Assembly: GCA_024697025.1 (NCBI GenBank)
Contig: JAILGH010000082.1
Span: forward strand, 15,551 to 79,550
DNA: 64,000 bases
Direction of reading: 5' to 3'
Source of the DNA: Pseudobutyrivibrio sp.
GTDB lineage: Bacteria > Bacillota > Clostridia > Lachnospirales > Lachnospiraceae
Shown: in pieces, positions 26,018 to 36,117 of the stretch
How positions within the stretch are numbered: the first letter of the stretch is position 1
Layout of the letters: every line of letters starts with the position of its first letter
Program-made: the position numbers and the translations under genes
The notes under the pieces: generated by a model
Databases searched by the model: none
Told to the model about the DNA's origin: nothing
Seen by the model: the letters and a program-made list of their open reading frames with translations, nothing else

Positions 26018-27455
26018 TTAATAACCCCTTTTCATCCCCTTCTATCTTAGGGATAACTGCTGTTATGGTTGTTCCGACTCCCTCTGCACTAGAGATTGTC
26101 AATCCATATTCCTCTCCATACAATAACTGCATTCTCTGGTGAACTGTCCTTAGGCCGAAACCTATCTTTTCACCATTTTCAATGGCATTTCTCATTTCAA
26201 GCAATCTTTCGTGGGTCATTCCTGCACCATTGTCTTTGACTGTAAGCTCTATCTTGTCTCCTACCTCCACTGCATCTACTCTTATGGAGCCCTTCTCTCG
26301 CTGGAGCTTGATTCCATGGTAAATGCTGTTTTCCACCAAAGGCTGCAATGTCAGCTTGGGCACTGAATATTTATAGAGGCTTTCAGGTATGTTTACCTCG
26401 TAATCCATTCTATCCTGATACCTGACCTTTTGAATGGATAGATAACTGAGTACGTGCTTTTGCTCCTCCTCTAAGGTGATAACATCCTGACCTTTGCTAA
26501 GACCAAATCTAAAGAAATCAGAAAGGGCACTAACCATTTCTATGCTTTCCTGCTTTTTGTCTGCCTCCACAAGCCAGATAATTGTATCCAAAGTGTTGTA
26601 AAGAAAATGTGGATTTATCTGGGACTGAAGAAGCTCCAGCTCAGCGTGACGCTTTCTTCTCTCTGCTCTTTTGTTTTCCTGAATCAGGGAGTTAAGCTTG
26701 CCAACCATTTCCTCAAAGCCATCAGACAAGGTTTGAATCTCTATCTCCGAGGCTTTTACCGGGCTGTGAACTGTAAAGTCTCCCTCTTTGATGTCCTCCA
26801 CTCGCTTTGTAAGGCTTGTCAGTGGCTGGGTGATACCGTTTGCCATGTATGAGGCATAGCTTCCTATTATAAAAATCAGAATTATCATAGTTGCTATAGT
26901 GGCTATGATAAGAAGCTGGGCCTGATGCGTAATGTCATTTTGAAGCAAAGACAAATGCACCGACTCATAATATAGGTAGTCATACATGTATGTCTGAATC
27001 AAATCAGTAAGAATATATATGTTGTTTTCCAGCTGAGTCATTCTCTCGTCGTAGGACTTGGCGTTGTCAATTTCATCCATTCGACTTTCAAGAGTAATGC
27101 ACAGGTCTCTAACTGATTCGATGGCTTCGATACTCTTTTTTTCAGTGGTCTGACCCAGCAGCTTTTCTGCAAGCTTTCTAGCGTTTTCAACCTCATCCAT
27201 AGGCTTGCCGTCTGCATAGGCACTGTCACTAACGTAATAAAACATCTTTAAATCTACCTCGCCCTTGAAGTTCTGGTTGAAGGCAGATGCAGATGTAACG
27301 TTTTGTAAAATGGTGCGGTACTGTATAGAATACCAGCACAAAATACCTATGAGTATTGCAATAACAATAGCCATAGGTACCAGTATTCCCGCTATGAGCC
27401 TACGAAGCTTTGAACTCATAGGCAATTGCTTGTAGTTCGTTATTTTTCTTTTCAT
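26010..27455 (-). CDS. Sensor histidine kinase (YesM/LytS type: TM-sensor-TM-HAMP-His_kinase-HATPase)
   Basis: H-box SQINPHFLYNTL, N-box VENSIYHG, G-boxes DNGAGM and GFGLRTV. Two TM helices. Confidence 0.85.
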   Translation of the reverse strand: MKRKITNYKQLPMSSKLRRLIAGILVPMAIVIAILIGILCWYSIQYRTILQNVTSASAFNQNFKGEVDLKMFYYVSDSAYADGKPMDEVENARKLAEKLLGQTTEKKSIEAIESVRDLCITLESRMDEIDNAKSYDERMTQLENNIYILTDLIQTYMYDYLYYESVHLSLLQNDITHQAQLLIIATIATMIILIFIIGSYASYMANGITQPLTSLTKRVEDIKEGDFTVHSPVKASEIEIQTLSDGFEEMVGKLNSLIQENKRAERRKRHAELELLQSQINPHFLYNTLDTIIWLVEADKKQESIEMVSALSDFFRFGLSKGQDVITLEEEQKHVLSYLSIQKVRYQDRMDYEVNIPESLYKYSVPKLTLQPLVENSIYHGIKLQREKGSIRVDAVEVGDKIELTVKDNGAGMTHERLLEMRNAIENGEKIGFGLRTVHQRMQLLYGEEYGLTISSAEGVGTTITAVIPKIEGDEKGLLNV

Positions 27456-29059
27456 GTTCCCTGTCCTTTTGCCCTAAACTCCTTAGGACTTAAGCCGTAG
27501 GTCTTCTTGAAAATATAACTAAAGTAATGTGAATCCTTGTAGCCAACCTTGTCCGCAATATCCTGTGTCTTGTCGTTAGTATTGCGAAGCAACGCCTTGG
27601 CTGCCTCCATTCGCTTGGCTGTCATGTACTCTACAAAGGTGGTCTTGTTCTCTCGAGAAAACATTGCACTTAAATAGCTAGGTGAAATGTCAACTTCCTT
27701 TGCCACCTGATTCAAACTGAGATTAGAGTCTGAGTAGTGGTCGTCCACATATTTCATGGCTGCCGACAGCTGAGAACGGGACTGCTTGCCCACTTCGTTT
27801 TTACGTTTTGAAATGGCAGTTGCAAACATTTCTGAAACCATAGGAAGCACCGTGTTACAGTCGACGTTTTCTATTTGATTACGGATGTTTGCAGAAAGCA
27901 CTGTGTCCGGTTCAAAATTAATCTTCTTTAAAAAGTCGCAGACGCACATGTACATTGTCATGGCAAAATACTTGCAAAACAGCATGGACTTAAGGCCATT
28001 TTTAGTCTGGCTGTTGACAATGTTGTTTAAGAAGTTCTCTATCTCTGACTCCTCGGCATTTTCAAGGAATAGTGATACCAGCCTTTGATCTATAGTTGCA
28101 GAATTATTTTCGCCTGTGTTTTCTGCAATGGCTTTTAAGTCCTCATCTGTAAATATGTGCCCTGATGGATTCATGTATCTGCAGCTGAGACGCTTGTTGG
28201 CCTGCTGGCAAGCCTTTGGAAACTCTGAAAATCTGCTAATCTTGCCGCCACATGCCAGATACCAGTTTAGCTCGTCCTCGAAAACCATACATCTTCGCTC
28301 AATGTTTTCTATAAGAGTCCTGGTGTTGGTCTCGATGGTGGACTCGTCGCCCTTTACAATTATGGCGTAGGTGTCCACATTCCAGTGGAAGACTATATAC
28401 TCTGGGCAGCACTTTAAGTACTGCATCAACTGTTCAGATAATCTGGCTGTGAATTTGGAATATACAGGTGCAGAACTATTACCTGTAATCGGATTGAATG
28501 CCAACAGCACCAGGTCATAGAAGGTTGCATCAAGAGAAAGCCCCAGCTCTTCAGACCTTTCGTAAACGTCTGAAACAGACATGGTGCCCCCTACCAATTG
28601 ATTAAAGAACCTAACTCGTGCGAACTGTTCGTATTCCTGACTTTCCGCTTTGAATTGCTCTAGATAGTTATCCTTTTCGTTTTCCTTGTCCAGCTTGTCC
28701 TTGGCGTCCTTCATAACCTCCGCCAGCTTATCCTTAGTGATAGGCTTTAAGAGATAGTTGTCAACGCCAATGCTGATTGCCTCCTGGGCATAGGAAAAAT
28801 CATCAAAACCACTGATAATAATGATTCTGGTATTTGGAAGTTCTTTTTTAATTATCTTGGATAAATCGATACCATCCATAAATGGCATACGTATATCCGT
28901 TATTAAAACATCTGGCTTAGTCTGCCTGATAAGAGGCAAAGCCATTTCTCCATCTGCTGCGTCACCCACGTATGCGAAGCCATACTGCTCCCATGGGAAT
29001 GTTGCCTTTAACCCGTCGCGGATAACAATTTCATCCTCGACCAAAAAAACACTATACAT
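27452..29059 (-). CDS. Response regulator with AraC-type HTH output (YesN type)
   Basis: Receiver VFLVEDE...VLITDIRMPFMDG...LLKP. C-terminal AraC HTH (LSLNQVAKEVDISPSYLSAMF ... DSHYFSYIFKKTYGLSPKEFR). 4-nt overlap with the kinase. Confidence 0.85.
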   Translation of the reverse strand: MYSVFLVEDEIVIRDGLKATFPWEQYGFAYVGDAADGEMALPLIRQTKPDVLITDIRMPFMDGIDLSKIIKKELPNTRIIIISGFDDFSYAQEAISIGVDNYLLKPITKDKLAEVMKDAKDKLDKENEKDNYLEQFKAESQEYEQFARVRFFNQLVGGTMSVSDVYERSEELGLSLDATFYDLVLLAFNPITGNSSAPVYSKFTARLSEQLMQYLKCCPEYIVFHWNVDTYAIIVKGDESTIETNTRTLIENIERRCMVFEDELNWYLACGGKISRFSEFPKACQQANKRLSCRYMNPSGHIFTDEDLKAIAENTGENNSATIDQRLVSLFLENAEESEIENFLNNIVNSQTKNGLKSMLFCKYFAMTMYMCVCDFLKKINFEPDTVLSANIRNQIENVDCNTVLPMVSEMFATAISKRKNEVGKQSRSQLSAAMKYVDDHYSDSNLSLNQVAKEVDISPSYLSAMFSRENKTTFVEYMTAKRMEAAKALLRNTNDKTQDIADKVGYKDSHYFSYIFKKTYGLSPKEFRAKGQGT

Positions 29060-29124
29060 TATTTCCCCAACGTTCCTTCTAATTCTATTGCTCTGCGGAG
29101 ATTCCCTGTTGGTTCCGCAAAAAG

Positions 29125-29724
29125 TTATTGCTCTTTTGATTTCAAAAAATCTGAAATCAACTTGTATAAGGCTTCTGCTGTAGCTTCAACACCCATAAGT
29201 GAACTGTTGACACAGAAGTCATAGCCTCTGCTGTCGCCCCACTTCATCTTTGAGTAATAGTTGTGATAAGCCTTGCGCTTTTTGTCGTGGCGGAACATCT
29301 TTGCCTTGGCCTCTAATGGATTGAGCTTGTATAATCTGCTGATACGCTCTACCTTGGCATCCTCGTCGCCTCTAACAAAAACTGAAATAAGTGCAGGATT
29401 CTCTCTGAGAACATTTTCTGCACATCGTCCTACTACAACAAAGCTTTCCCCACTCTCAGCCTTTTCACGAATGAAATTAAACTGAAGCTCTGCTATAGTG
29501 TCCTGCACGCTTGAAGAGTGTCCCCTGACAGTACGAACAAGTCCCCTGTGCTTCATCTCTTCATGCTTGTGCAAATCTTCCGCATCAATGCCGTTTCTCT
29601 CAGCCATCTGGTCCAACATGTTGCGGTCATACATTGGTACATTGAACTTCTCTGCAAGGATTGTGGCAATCTCGTGACCACCACTGCCGTATTCTCTACC
29701 TACTGAAATAATAAACTGCCCCAT
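29125..29724 (-). CDS. Cytidylate kinase-like family protein
   Basis: 199 aa. N-terminal IISVGREYGSGGHEIA P-loop-like signature typical of this family. Paralogue at 57327..57950. Confidence 0.7.
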   Translation of the reverse strand: MGQFIISVGREYGSGGHEIATILAEKFNVPMYDRNMLDQMAERNGIDAEDLHKHEEMKHRGLVRTVRGHSSSVQDTIAELQFNFIREKAESGESFVVVGRCAENVLRENPALISVFVRGDEDAKVERISRLYKLNPLEAKAKMFRHDKKRKAYHNYYSKMKWGDSRGYDFCVNSSLMGVEATAEALYKLISDFLKSKEQ

Positions 29725-29786
29725 ACGTTAACCCCCCTTCCAGTATTCTTCTCACCTCATCTACTTTTATTGTAATGGATTAATAT

Positions 29787-29818
29787 AAAATAGTCGAGGG
29801 GTGAACCTCGACTATTTT
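29787..29818 (-). terminator. Intrinsic terminator after the ArsB/NhaD permease gene
   Basis: AAAATAGTCGAGG-ggtgaa-CCTCGACTATTTT. Confidence 0.75.
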
Positions 29819-29868
29819 CGTAACACTCTGTGTATTTTTCATGAAAAATAAGAATCTGTGGCAATCCT

Positions 29869-31218
29869 TTATAGATACCTTACGTAAATTGAAAGCATGG
29901 ATACCACAAGAACTATGATGGTGCCTGGCACAAGCTCCTTACAATAGGTAGCCCAGCTGATTGGGTAACCTTCCTTACCGGCCGTAGAGATACCTACTAC
30001 GTTGGCGCTGGCGCCGATTGGAGTCATGCTACCGCCGATGTCTGTACCAATTGCAAGTGTCCAAGCCATTGTAGAAAGGTCGATGCCTGTAGTGGCTGCA
30101 AGAGACTTGATAACCGGAATCATAGTAGCTGAGAATGGAATGTTATCGATGAATGCCGATGCAATTGCACTTACCCAAAGGATAATCGCAATCATAACGT
30201 GCACATTGCCACCTGAAACCTTGGCAATGAAGTTGGCGATAACAACCAAAACTCCTGTCTGCTCCAAGCCTCCAACGACTATAAACAAGCCGATGAAGAA
30301 TAATAATGTATAATAATCTACTCTCTTAAGAAGCTTTAATGCCTTGCTTCCTGATGTAAGCAAAGTAACTGCTGCAATAGTAACACCGATAAATGCTACT
30401 GTAAGGCCTGTCATGGCGTGAGTTACAAGAAGGATAACTGCAAGGAAGAAAATCGCTGTGCTTGTAAGGAAATCCTTCATGTTGTCAATCTTAACCTCTA
30501 CATCAATGCTGTCTGGATCAACCTTGTCAGCTGGATTTTGAAGCCTGTTGCGCATTGTAAAATAGAAGTAAATGATGATGATTACAAGTGAAAGGGCACC
30601 AATCAAACCTGTATTTACAACAAAGTCTGAGAATGAATATCCAAGTGATGTACCAATGATTATGTTTGGTGGGTCACCACACATTGTTGCACTACCACCT
30701 AAGTTGGCACAGAAAATCTCTGCCATGATTACAGGTATAGGATTGAACTTAAGTGTGCGGGCAAGCCTTATTGTAACTGCCGCAAGGAACAAAATAACTG
30801 TAATTGAATCAATGAACATTGAAAGTACTGCTGAAAGTACCATGAATGCCACAAAAATCCTAACTGGCTCGTAATGAGCAAGCTTTGCGATCTTTAAACA
30901 TAACCAATCAAAGAATCCGGCCTCGGCCATCCCCTCTACCATAACCATCATTCCCCAAAGGAAGATGATAGTAGCCCAGTTGACACCGGATGTCTGCTCG
31001 GCAGTCTCGCCTGCTGCATACCAAAAGTCAGGTTTAAAAATACCCTGTACTGCTATTGTCTCTAAAAATGCTTCTGAGCTTCGCATGCCTATTCCAAACA
31101 CAAAAATGCTAGCTAAAGCTCCGCATGAAAGTGTCACGATATGCTTTGGGAAACGGTCCCAAACAATCATAATAAACATAGCCACAAAAATAACTATAGC
31201 CATTATTTCGGCGAACAT
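29869..31218 (-). CDS. ArsB/NhaD (CitMHS-like) superfamily permease
   Basis: 449 aa, polytopic. GGSATMCGDPPNIIIG and a second half-repeat motif GGSMTPIGASANVV. Confidence 0.65.
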   Translation of the reverse strand: MFAEIMAIVIFVAMFIMIVWDRFPKHIVTLSCGALASIFVFGIGMRSSEAFLETIAVQGIFKPDFWYAAGETAEQTSGVNWATIIFLWGMMVMVEGMAEAGFFDWLCLKIAKLAHYEPVRIFVAFMVLSAVLSMFIDSITVILFLAAVTIRLARTLKFNPIPVIMAEIFCANLGGSATMCGDPPNIIIGTSLGYSFSDFVVNTGLIGALSLVIIIIYFYFTMRNRLQNPADKVDPDSIDVEVKIDNMKDFLTSTAIFFLAVILLVTHAMTGLTVAFIGVTIAAVTLLTSGSKALKLLKRVDYYTLLFFIGLFIVVGGLEQTGVLVVIANFIAKVSGGNVHVMIAIILWVSAIASAFIDNIPFSATMIPVIKSLAATTGIDLSTMAWTLAIGTDIGGSMTPIGASANVVGISTAGKEGYPISWATYCKELVPGTIIVLVVSMLSIYVRYL

Positions 31219-31227
31219 AAAAATAAT

Positions 31228-31271
31228 CCCTCCGTATACAATAAATTCGTCCTACTTATTGTATACGAGGG
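31228..31271 (-). terminator. 16-bp terminator hairpin after the GH3 gene whose 3-prime arm contains the permease Shine-Dalgarno
   Basis: Minus strand: CCCTCGTATACAATAA-loop-TTATTGTATACGGAGGG followed by ATTATTTTT-ATG (start at 31218). Confidence 0.65.
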
Positions 31272-31299
31272 ACAACAATTTTGAAAGAAGCATTTTTCA

Positions 31300-34029
31300 C
31301 TAAATGTTTGCCTGTTTCATTAATTTTTTCATCGCAGCTGAATCTTTTATCACTAATAGCAAGTGGATGACCGCTTGTTGAAGTTCACCAAGGGCAAAAT
31401 ATGCTCCTCGATTAATTCCCTGATAGGTGATGGTTTTGGTTCCATCCATTTCCACATCTATTTTACATAAGCCCTGCTTTTGCTTTTCAAGGACCTTGTC
31501 ACTTAATTCCACATCTGCCGGAACCTTCGTCAAAACAAAATCCTTTCCCTTTTTATCCAAAAGGAATGACCCCCAGTTTTCGTATCTAATCATTGGGATG
31601 CCGTATAGGTGAGCCTTTTCAACTACAGTGACATAGCCATCCTCACCGAAGGTTGGTGGCACATCCATCATGGCCTCCAAAATCTTGTCCGGGTCAAAGC
31701 CTGGCATAATCAGATCGCAGCCTGCATGTAAATCATATGCCTTCTCAGAGCGTGAACCCCAATCGGACATGACAAAGCCTGTAAATCCCCAGTCATCGCG
31801 AATAATCTCGGTGTTGAGCCCTCGCTGAGAGGTGGCGAAATCACCGTTGATTCTGTTGCCGGTGTTGATAACGCCTGCAGGATGAATGGTATATTGGCAT
31901 GCAGAGAAGGATCTGAGATAAAGCTCTCCAAAGGCCCTTCTAGACACATTGATATTGATGTCATGCCTGTCATTTTCCTGATTGAAAGTTGGGAGGTTTT
32001 TCATAATAACATCCCTGCCCTCATAGCGCTTTACACCCATGCAAAAGCCTGCCCCAAGGACGCCAGCGTGGGCGGGGTCTTCGGAATAGAACTCGTAGCC
32101 TCGACTCTTCATTGGGTTGCGGTTGATGTTAAGAGGTGGAGCAAGACAATAGTCTATATCGTAATATTCCATCTCGCGGCCATAGGCCCTGCCCATTCTA
32201 ACCATTGCACTCATATCCCAGGTCTGCCCCATGTTCATAGGTGAAGGGAAGCAGGTGCAGCAAGTGTTTCGAATGTGAAGTCCCGATGGGCCATCTGCGA
32301 TGGCTACTCCCGGAATACCAAGAGTTGTGGCAAACTGGGAGGTTGTACGGGCTGCCACAGGCAGCTTATTTTTATCAAAATTAAACTCAAAGTTGAATCT
32401 GTTTTCACTGTAGAGCTTGGATTCGTTTACCTCTCCTGCTACAAGGCGAGCCAGAATCTCCGGAGATAACGAAGAAACAAACTCCTCGATTGAAACGTTG
32501 CCCTTTATAACATCAAAAAATGTTGTGAACCCGCAAGGCTGAACATACTCCACATTCTCGTGAGCCCTGAAAGGTATCTCGTATCTATTGTTATTTACAT
32601 AGGAAGTGTAGTTGCTTCCCTCTGGAACGTAGGTGGTAAACTCGCTCTTTGGTATAACCTCTCTCTTGTCAGAGTTGTAATCATCACTAGAAAGAGAAGC
32701 CACCAGCACGTAGCCTACTTCTTCCTCTGCTCTAGGTGGAGGTGTTAAAAATTCCAGTTTCTTTTTAGGTGGCAGTACATAGGAAACCTTTTTAATGGTG
32801 GTAAGCTTGTCCAAAATCATCTTGGCGCAAACCTTGGTATCCCTTGAGTTGCTGCCGATTCTAAACAGGTAGTCACCCTTTTCCATTATCCATGAAGTGG
32901 TCTCCTCATCAAATGAGCAGAAGGAAATAATCGGAGTCTTGATGGTGATTTCCTCAGAATCTCCCGGCTTTAGCTTGCCTGTCTTGCCAAATCCGTTGAG
33001 AACCTGATATGGCTTTTCAAGCTTTCCATTTGGGTGAGTGCAATAAATCTGAACCACCTCACGGCCGGCACAGTTACCTGTGTTGGTAACCTTTACCCTA
33101 AAGTTGATACCCATCCAGCTTGCCTCGAAATACTCAAGCTTAATATCAAAGGTAGTGTAGCTTTGGCCATATCCAAATGGATAAAGTGGTGTCACATCAA
33201 AGGCATCAAAATAGCGGTATCCCACATAGATACCCTCTTTGTAATCTATCTCATTAACTTCTTTATGCTTGGACTGATTGATACAGGTAGAATAATCCTT
33301 GTATTTCTTGGCCCAAGTACAGCCAAGGCGTCCTGATGGGTTCACTGCCCCTGAAATAATATCCGCAAGGCAATTACCTGCCTCCATGCCTGGATATCCC
33401 ATAAGAATTATGGCCTTTACAGCCTTCATTCTGGCAACTGAAGCAAGCTCCATCATTCCACTGTTCAAAACAAGGATTACATTTTTAAAAGAACCGGAAA
33501 TCAGCTTGAGGTTTTCCTGCTCCTCCTCTATAAGCTGATACTCGCTAGGCCCAACAGGCTCGTTGGTAGGATGGCGACGGACAACATAGATACATGTATC
33601 CGTTCCCAAAATAGCCTCGGCCATATCTGCTACAGAAATAGGCACTTCTGCCACCTCAACGCGTTTTCCGGAAAAGAATCTCTCCTCACGGACGTTTTTG
33701 TTGGCCTTCTCCACCATCTTTACTTCCTTTTCCATTTTGGAAAGCCAACTAGACGTAGTAAGAGTAAAGCCGTTGCTTTCAAGGCCCTCTTTTACGTTAA
33801 TATTTTTGTCCGTATATACGTAATTATAAAAAATGCCGCAGCAAACCGTATCCACTGCGCCAGCACCGAATAATGCTACCTTCCCCCTTGTCATAGGAAG
33901 CACGTCACTGTTTTTAAGCAAAACCATGCTATCTGCACCGAGCTGCCTAACCAAATCTCTATGCTCAGGAAACTGCATCTTATTCGATTTAGAAAACACT
34001 CCCCTTATGTCCTGCAAATTCATAGTCAC
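31300..34029 (-). CDS. Glycoside hydrolase family 3 (beta-glucosidase-like) with permuted domain order
   Basis: 909 aa. LLKNSDVLPM (GH3 alpha/beta sandwich domain) near residue 40, VVQIYC (Fn3-like domain) near residue 325, catalytic-nucleophile motif GFVMSDWG near residue 745. This is the reverse of the usual barrel-first order. Confidence 0.8.
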   Translation of the reverse strand: MTMNLQDIRGVFSKSNKMQFPEHRDLVRQLGADSMVLLKNSDVLPMTRGKVALFGAGAVDTVCCGIFYNYVYTDKNINVKEGLESNGFTLTTSSWLSKMEKEVKMVEKANKNVREERFFSGKRVEVAEVPISVADMAEAILGTDTCIYVVRRHPTNEPVGPSEYQLIEEEQENLKLISGSFKNVILVLNSGMMELASVARMKAVKAIILMGYPGMEAGNCLADIISGAVNPSGRLGCTWAKKYKDYSTCINQSKHKEVNEIDYKEGIYVGYRYFDAFDVTPLYPFGYGQSYTTFDIKLEYFEASWMGINFRVKVTNTGNCAGREVVQIYCTHPNGKLEKPYQVLNGFGKTGKLKPGDSEEITIKTPIISFCSFDEETTSWIMEKGDYLFRIGSNSRDTKVCAKMILDKLTTIKKVSYVLPPKKKLEFLTPPPRAEEEVGYVLVASLSSDDYNSDKREVIPKSEFTTYVPEGSNYTSYVNNNRYEIPFRAHENVEYVQPCGFTTFFDVIKGNVSIEEFVSSLSPEILARLVAGEVNESKLYSENRFNFEFNFDKNKLPVAARTTSQFATTLGIPGVAIADGPSGLHIRNTCCTCFPSPMNMGQTWDMSAMVRMGRAYGREMEYYDIDYCLAPPLNINRNPMKSRGYEFYSEDPAHAGVLGAGFCMGVKRYEGRDVIMKNLPTFNQENDRHDININVSRRAFGELYLRSFSACQYTIHPAGVINTGNRINGDFATSQRGLNTEIIRDDWGFTGFVMSDWGSRSEKAYDLHAGCDLIMPGFDPDKILEAMMDVPPTFGEDGYVTVVEKAHLYGIPMIRYENWGSFLLDKKGKDFVLTKVPADVELSDKVLEKQKQGLCKIDVEMDGTKTITYQGINRGAYFALGELQQAVIHLLLVIKDSAAMKKLMKQANI

Positions 34030-34281
34030 TACTCCCTTTTAATTTATCTTCCCCCAAGTATGATTTATTAATTGTTGTTACTATTCACACTGCCTCCGCT
34101 ATATTCGCAATGGAACTTTCAGCGCTTTCGAATAGTAACTTTCTTAACTAGATTATACTCCTTTTTTTAGTTAGTGAATATGATACTATTTTTTTATTTA
34201 AAATATGTGATATAAATGTGAATATAAATAGCATATTCATAAGTTCATGTAATCTCAGCTATGCAGGACTAATCTACAAGT

Positions 34282-35940
34282 CTATAGATTTTTAATGTAC
34301 TTATCCATATAAGTAAGGCGCTTCAATACGTATTTCTTGAAGGTTTTTAAGCCTTTTGATTCGTCAAGATAATTGCCATCAGCCCAACGTTTTTTGTTTC
34401 TTGAAAATGCTCCTGAATCATAAATATCGGTCTCATATTCATCAATAGATTTTGCAATTGCCTTGTCAGACCAAAGCTTGCTTCTAAGCTCCTTATATCT
34501 ATCTTTCACTTGCTTCTTAATCTTAGAATCATCATTTTCCATCAGAAAATACACTGGACTCCAAGCCATAGGCAAATCATAGTCAGGTGTATTGTAATAA
34601 GAAGAAATACCATGCTTTCCCTGACCATCAACAAACCTGTTTCCAAAGGTCTGGTCCATATCCCATGGGGCAAAAAGCACCTTGTACTTTCCATCCTCAT
34701 CGGCAGATTTTACAGCAGTATACAAATTCTTGACGTTAGAATCATAGACGTTATCTACCGCTTGCGTGAGCTTGTAAAACAACCAAAGATCTATGGCATT
34801 ATCTATATCACATGTGTTTCGTATATGCGAATTCTTATCAGAAAAAGCCATTTGATAATATAGATTGTGAAGCTCTACATATCCTTCCTGGTCCCCGTCC
34901 TCTAAAGAGTAGCCTGGCAAATACTCGTAGCCACCAGAGCCATCTTCGTATTCAAAATATTCCAATTCCTGTGAAAATTCTGTCCCTGACCAATCTCTTT
35001 TTTTGAATAGGGCTTCATCATCTGCCAAATCAAACTGCTTGCCATCAATTGGATATGTCAAGGCATAAAGGCCATGATAGTGATTGTTAAAAAACAGTTC
35101 TATGTATTTATATTCGTTGGCAGCAGGGGCTTTCCACTCATTATTTCCCTCACTCATTTCATTCCAGAGATTCATACAAAACGGAGTGCGAATTTTCTCA
35201 TAATCTGAGTAAGCTGCAAACAAAATCCAGTCGTCATCTTTTCTAAGACCAAGTAGATTTTCTTTTCGCTTAGAATCCATATCCTTTTTATCTTCTGTCA
35301 AAGAAAGTCGATAACTTTTTTGTGGCAAACCTCTAGTTGTACCGCCACGAATATGTATCTTGGCAAAGCTTTGGGTCTGTCTTTCTTCATCTTCTAAATC
35401 ATTCCCATTGTCAAAAAGCTTGATTGCGCATGGCGTGTACTCTTCAACATCATAAGTATCATCCAATTTCTTGGACTTCATTATTGATTTAGAAAATTTG
35501 ATATTCATAATTGGAAGGGTTGTGCAGACCAATTTAGAGACGCTGTATTCATGGTCCTTTACCATTATCAGCTTAATTAGAATGTTGCCTGAAATAAGCT
35601 TATCTGATATTGGACGGCCATAGGCAAAAAGTCTGACCTTATCCCCAGCTTCAATGGTTGGGTTGTAGCTGGTTTCACTTGATTTTATCAATGAATAATA
35701 GAAAGTATTTGTGGAATCATCGTAGAATAACGGCTGATTTTCAAATGATAAATCTAAAGATAATGGTGTTTTGCTATAAGTATATGCGCTTTTAATCTCA
35801 GAATATTTTTCATCGGATAGATAAGAGAGTCTTTTGGGACCGCACATAATAGCTAACAAAGTAAGCGTCCCCATAAAGATTAGCAATGCAGTAATAGATA
35901 TAATTTTTTTTCGATAAAACATTAAATTGTTGCCTTTCAA
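34282..35940 (-). CDS. CotH-family (kinase-like) protein with N-terminal membrane anchor
   Basis: 552 aa. N-terminal helix IISITALLIFMGTLTLLAIM. HYHGLYALTYPID and APWDMDQTFGN resemble CotH signatures. Assignment by recollection only. Confidence 0.5.
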   Translation of the reverse strand: MKGNNLMFYRKKIISITALLIFMGTLTLLAIMCGPKRLSYLSDEKYSEIKSAYTYSKTPLSLDLSFENQPLFYDDSTNTFYYSLIKSSETSYNPTIEAGDKVRLFAYGRPISDKLISGNILIKLIMVKDHEYSVSKLVCTTLPIMNIKFSKSIMKSKKLDDTYDVEEYTPCAIKLFDNGNDLEDEERQTQSFAKIHIRGGTTRGLPQKSYRLSLTEDKKDMDSKRKENLLGLRKDDDWILFAAYSDYEKIRTPFCMNLWNEMSEGNNEWKAPAANEYKYIELFFNNHYHGLYALTYPIDGKQFDLADDEALFKKRDWSGTEFSQELEYFEYEDGSGGYEYLPGYSLEDGDQEGYVELHNLYYQMAFSDKNSHIRNTCDIDNAIDLWLFYKLTQAVDNVYDSNVKNLYTAVKSADEDGKYKVLFAPWDMDQTFGNRFVDGQGKHGISSYYNTPDYDLPMAWSPVYFLMENDDSKIKKQVKDRYKELRSKLWSDKAIAKSIDEYETDIYDSGAFSRNKKRWADGNYLDESKGLKTFKKYVLKRLTYMDKYIKNL

Positions 35941-36070
35941 TAACCTTCTGCAATTAATTCTTTATGGGCATTAATGACCACTTTGAATAAATTGCACACT
36001 TATTATAACAACAATGAATAATTATACAATAGATTTTTTAAAACAATCCTTTTATTTTAGCTATATAGTA

Positions 36071-36102
36071 AAAAGCGCCTTGGCAAAGGCCATGACGCTT
36101 TT
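36071..36102 (-). terminator. Intrinsic terminator after cysE
   Basis: AAAAGCGCCTTGGCAAAGGCCATGACGCTTTT. On the minus strand the hairpin is followed by TTTTT. Confidence 0.6.
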
Positions 36103-36117
36103 CATAATTATTCTTAA

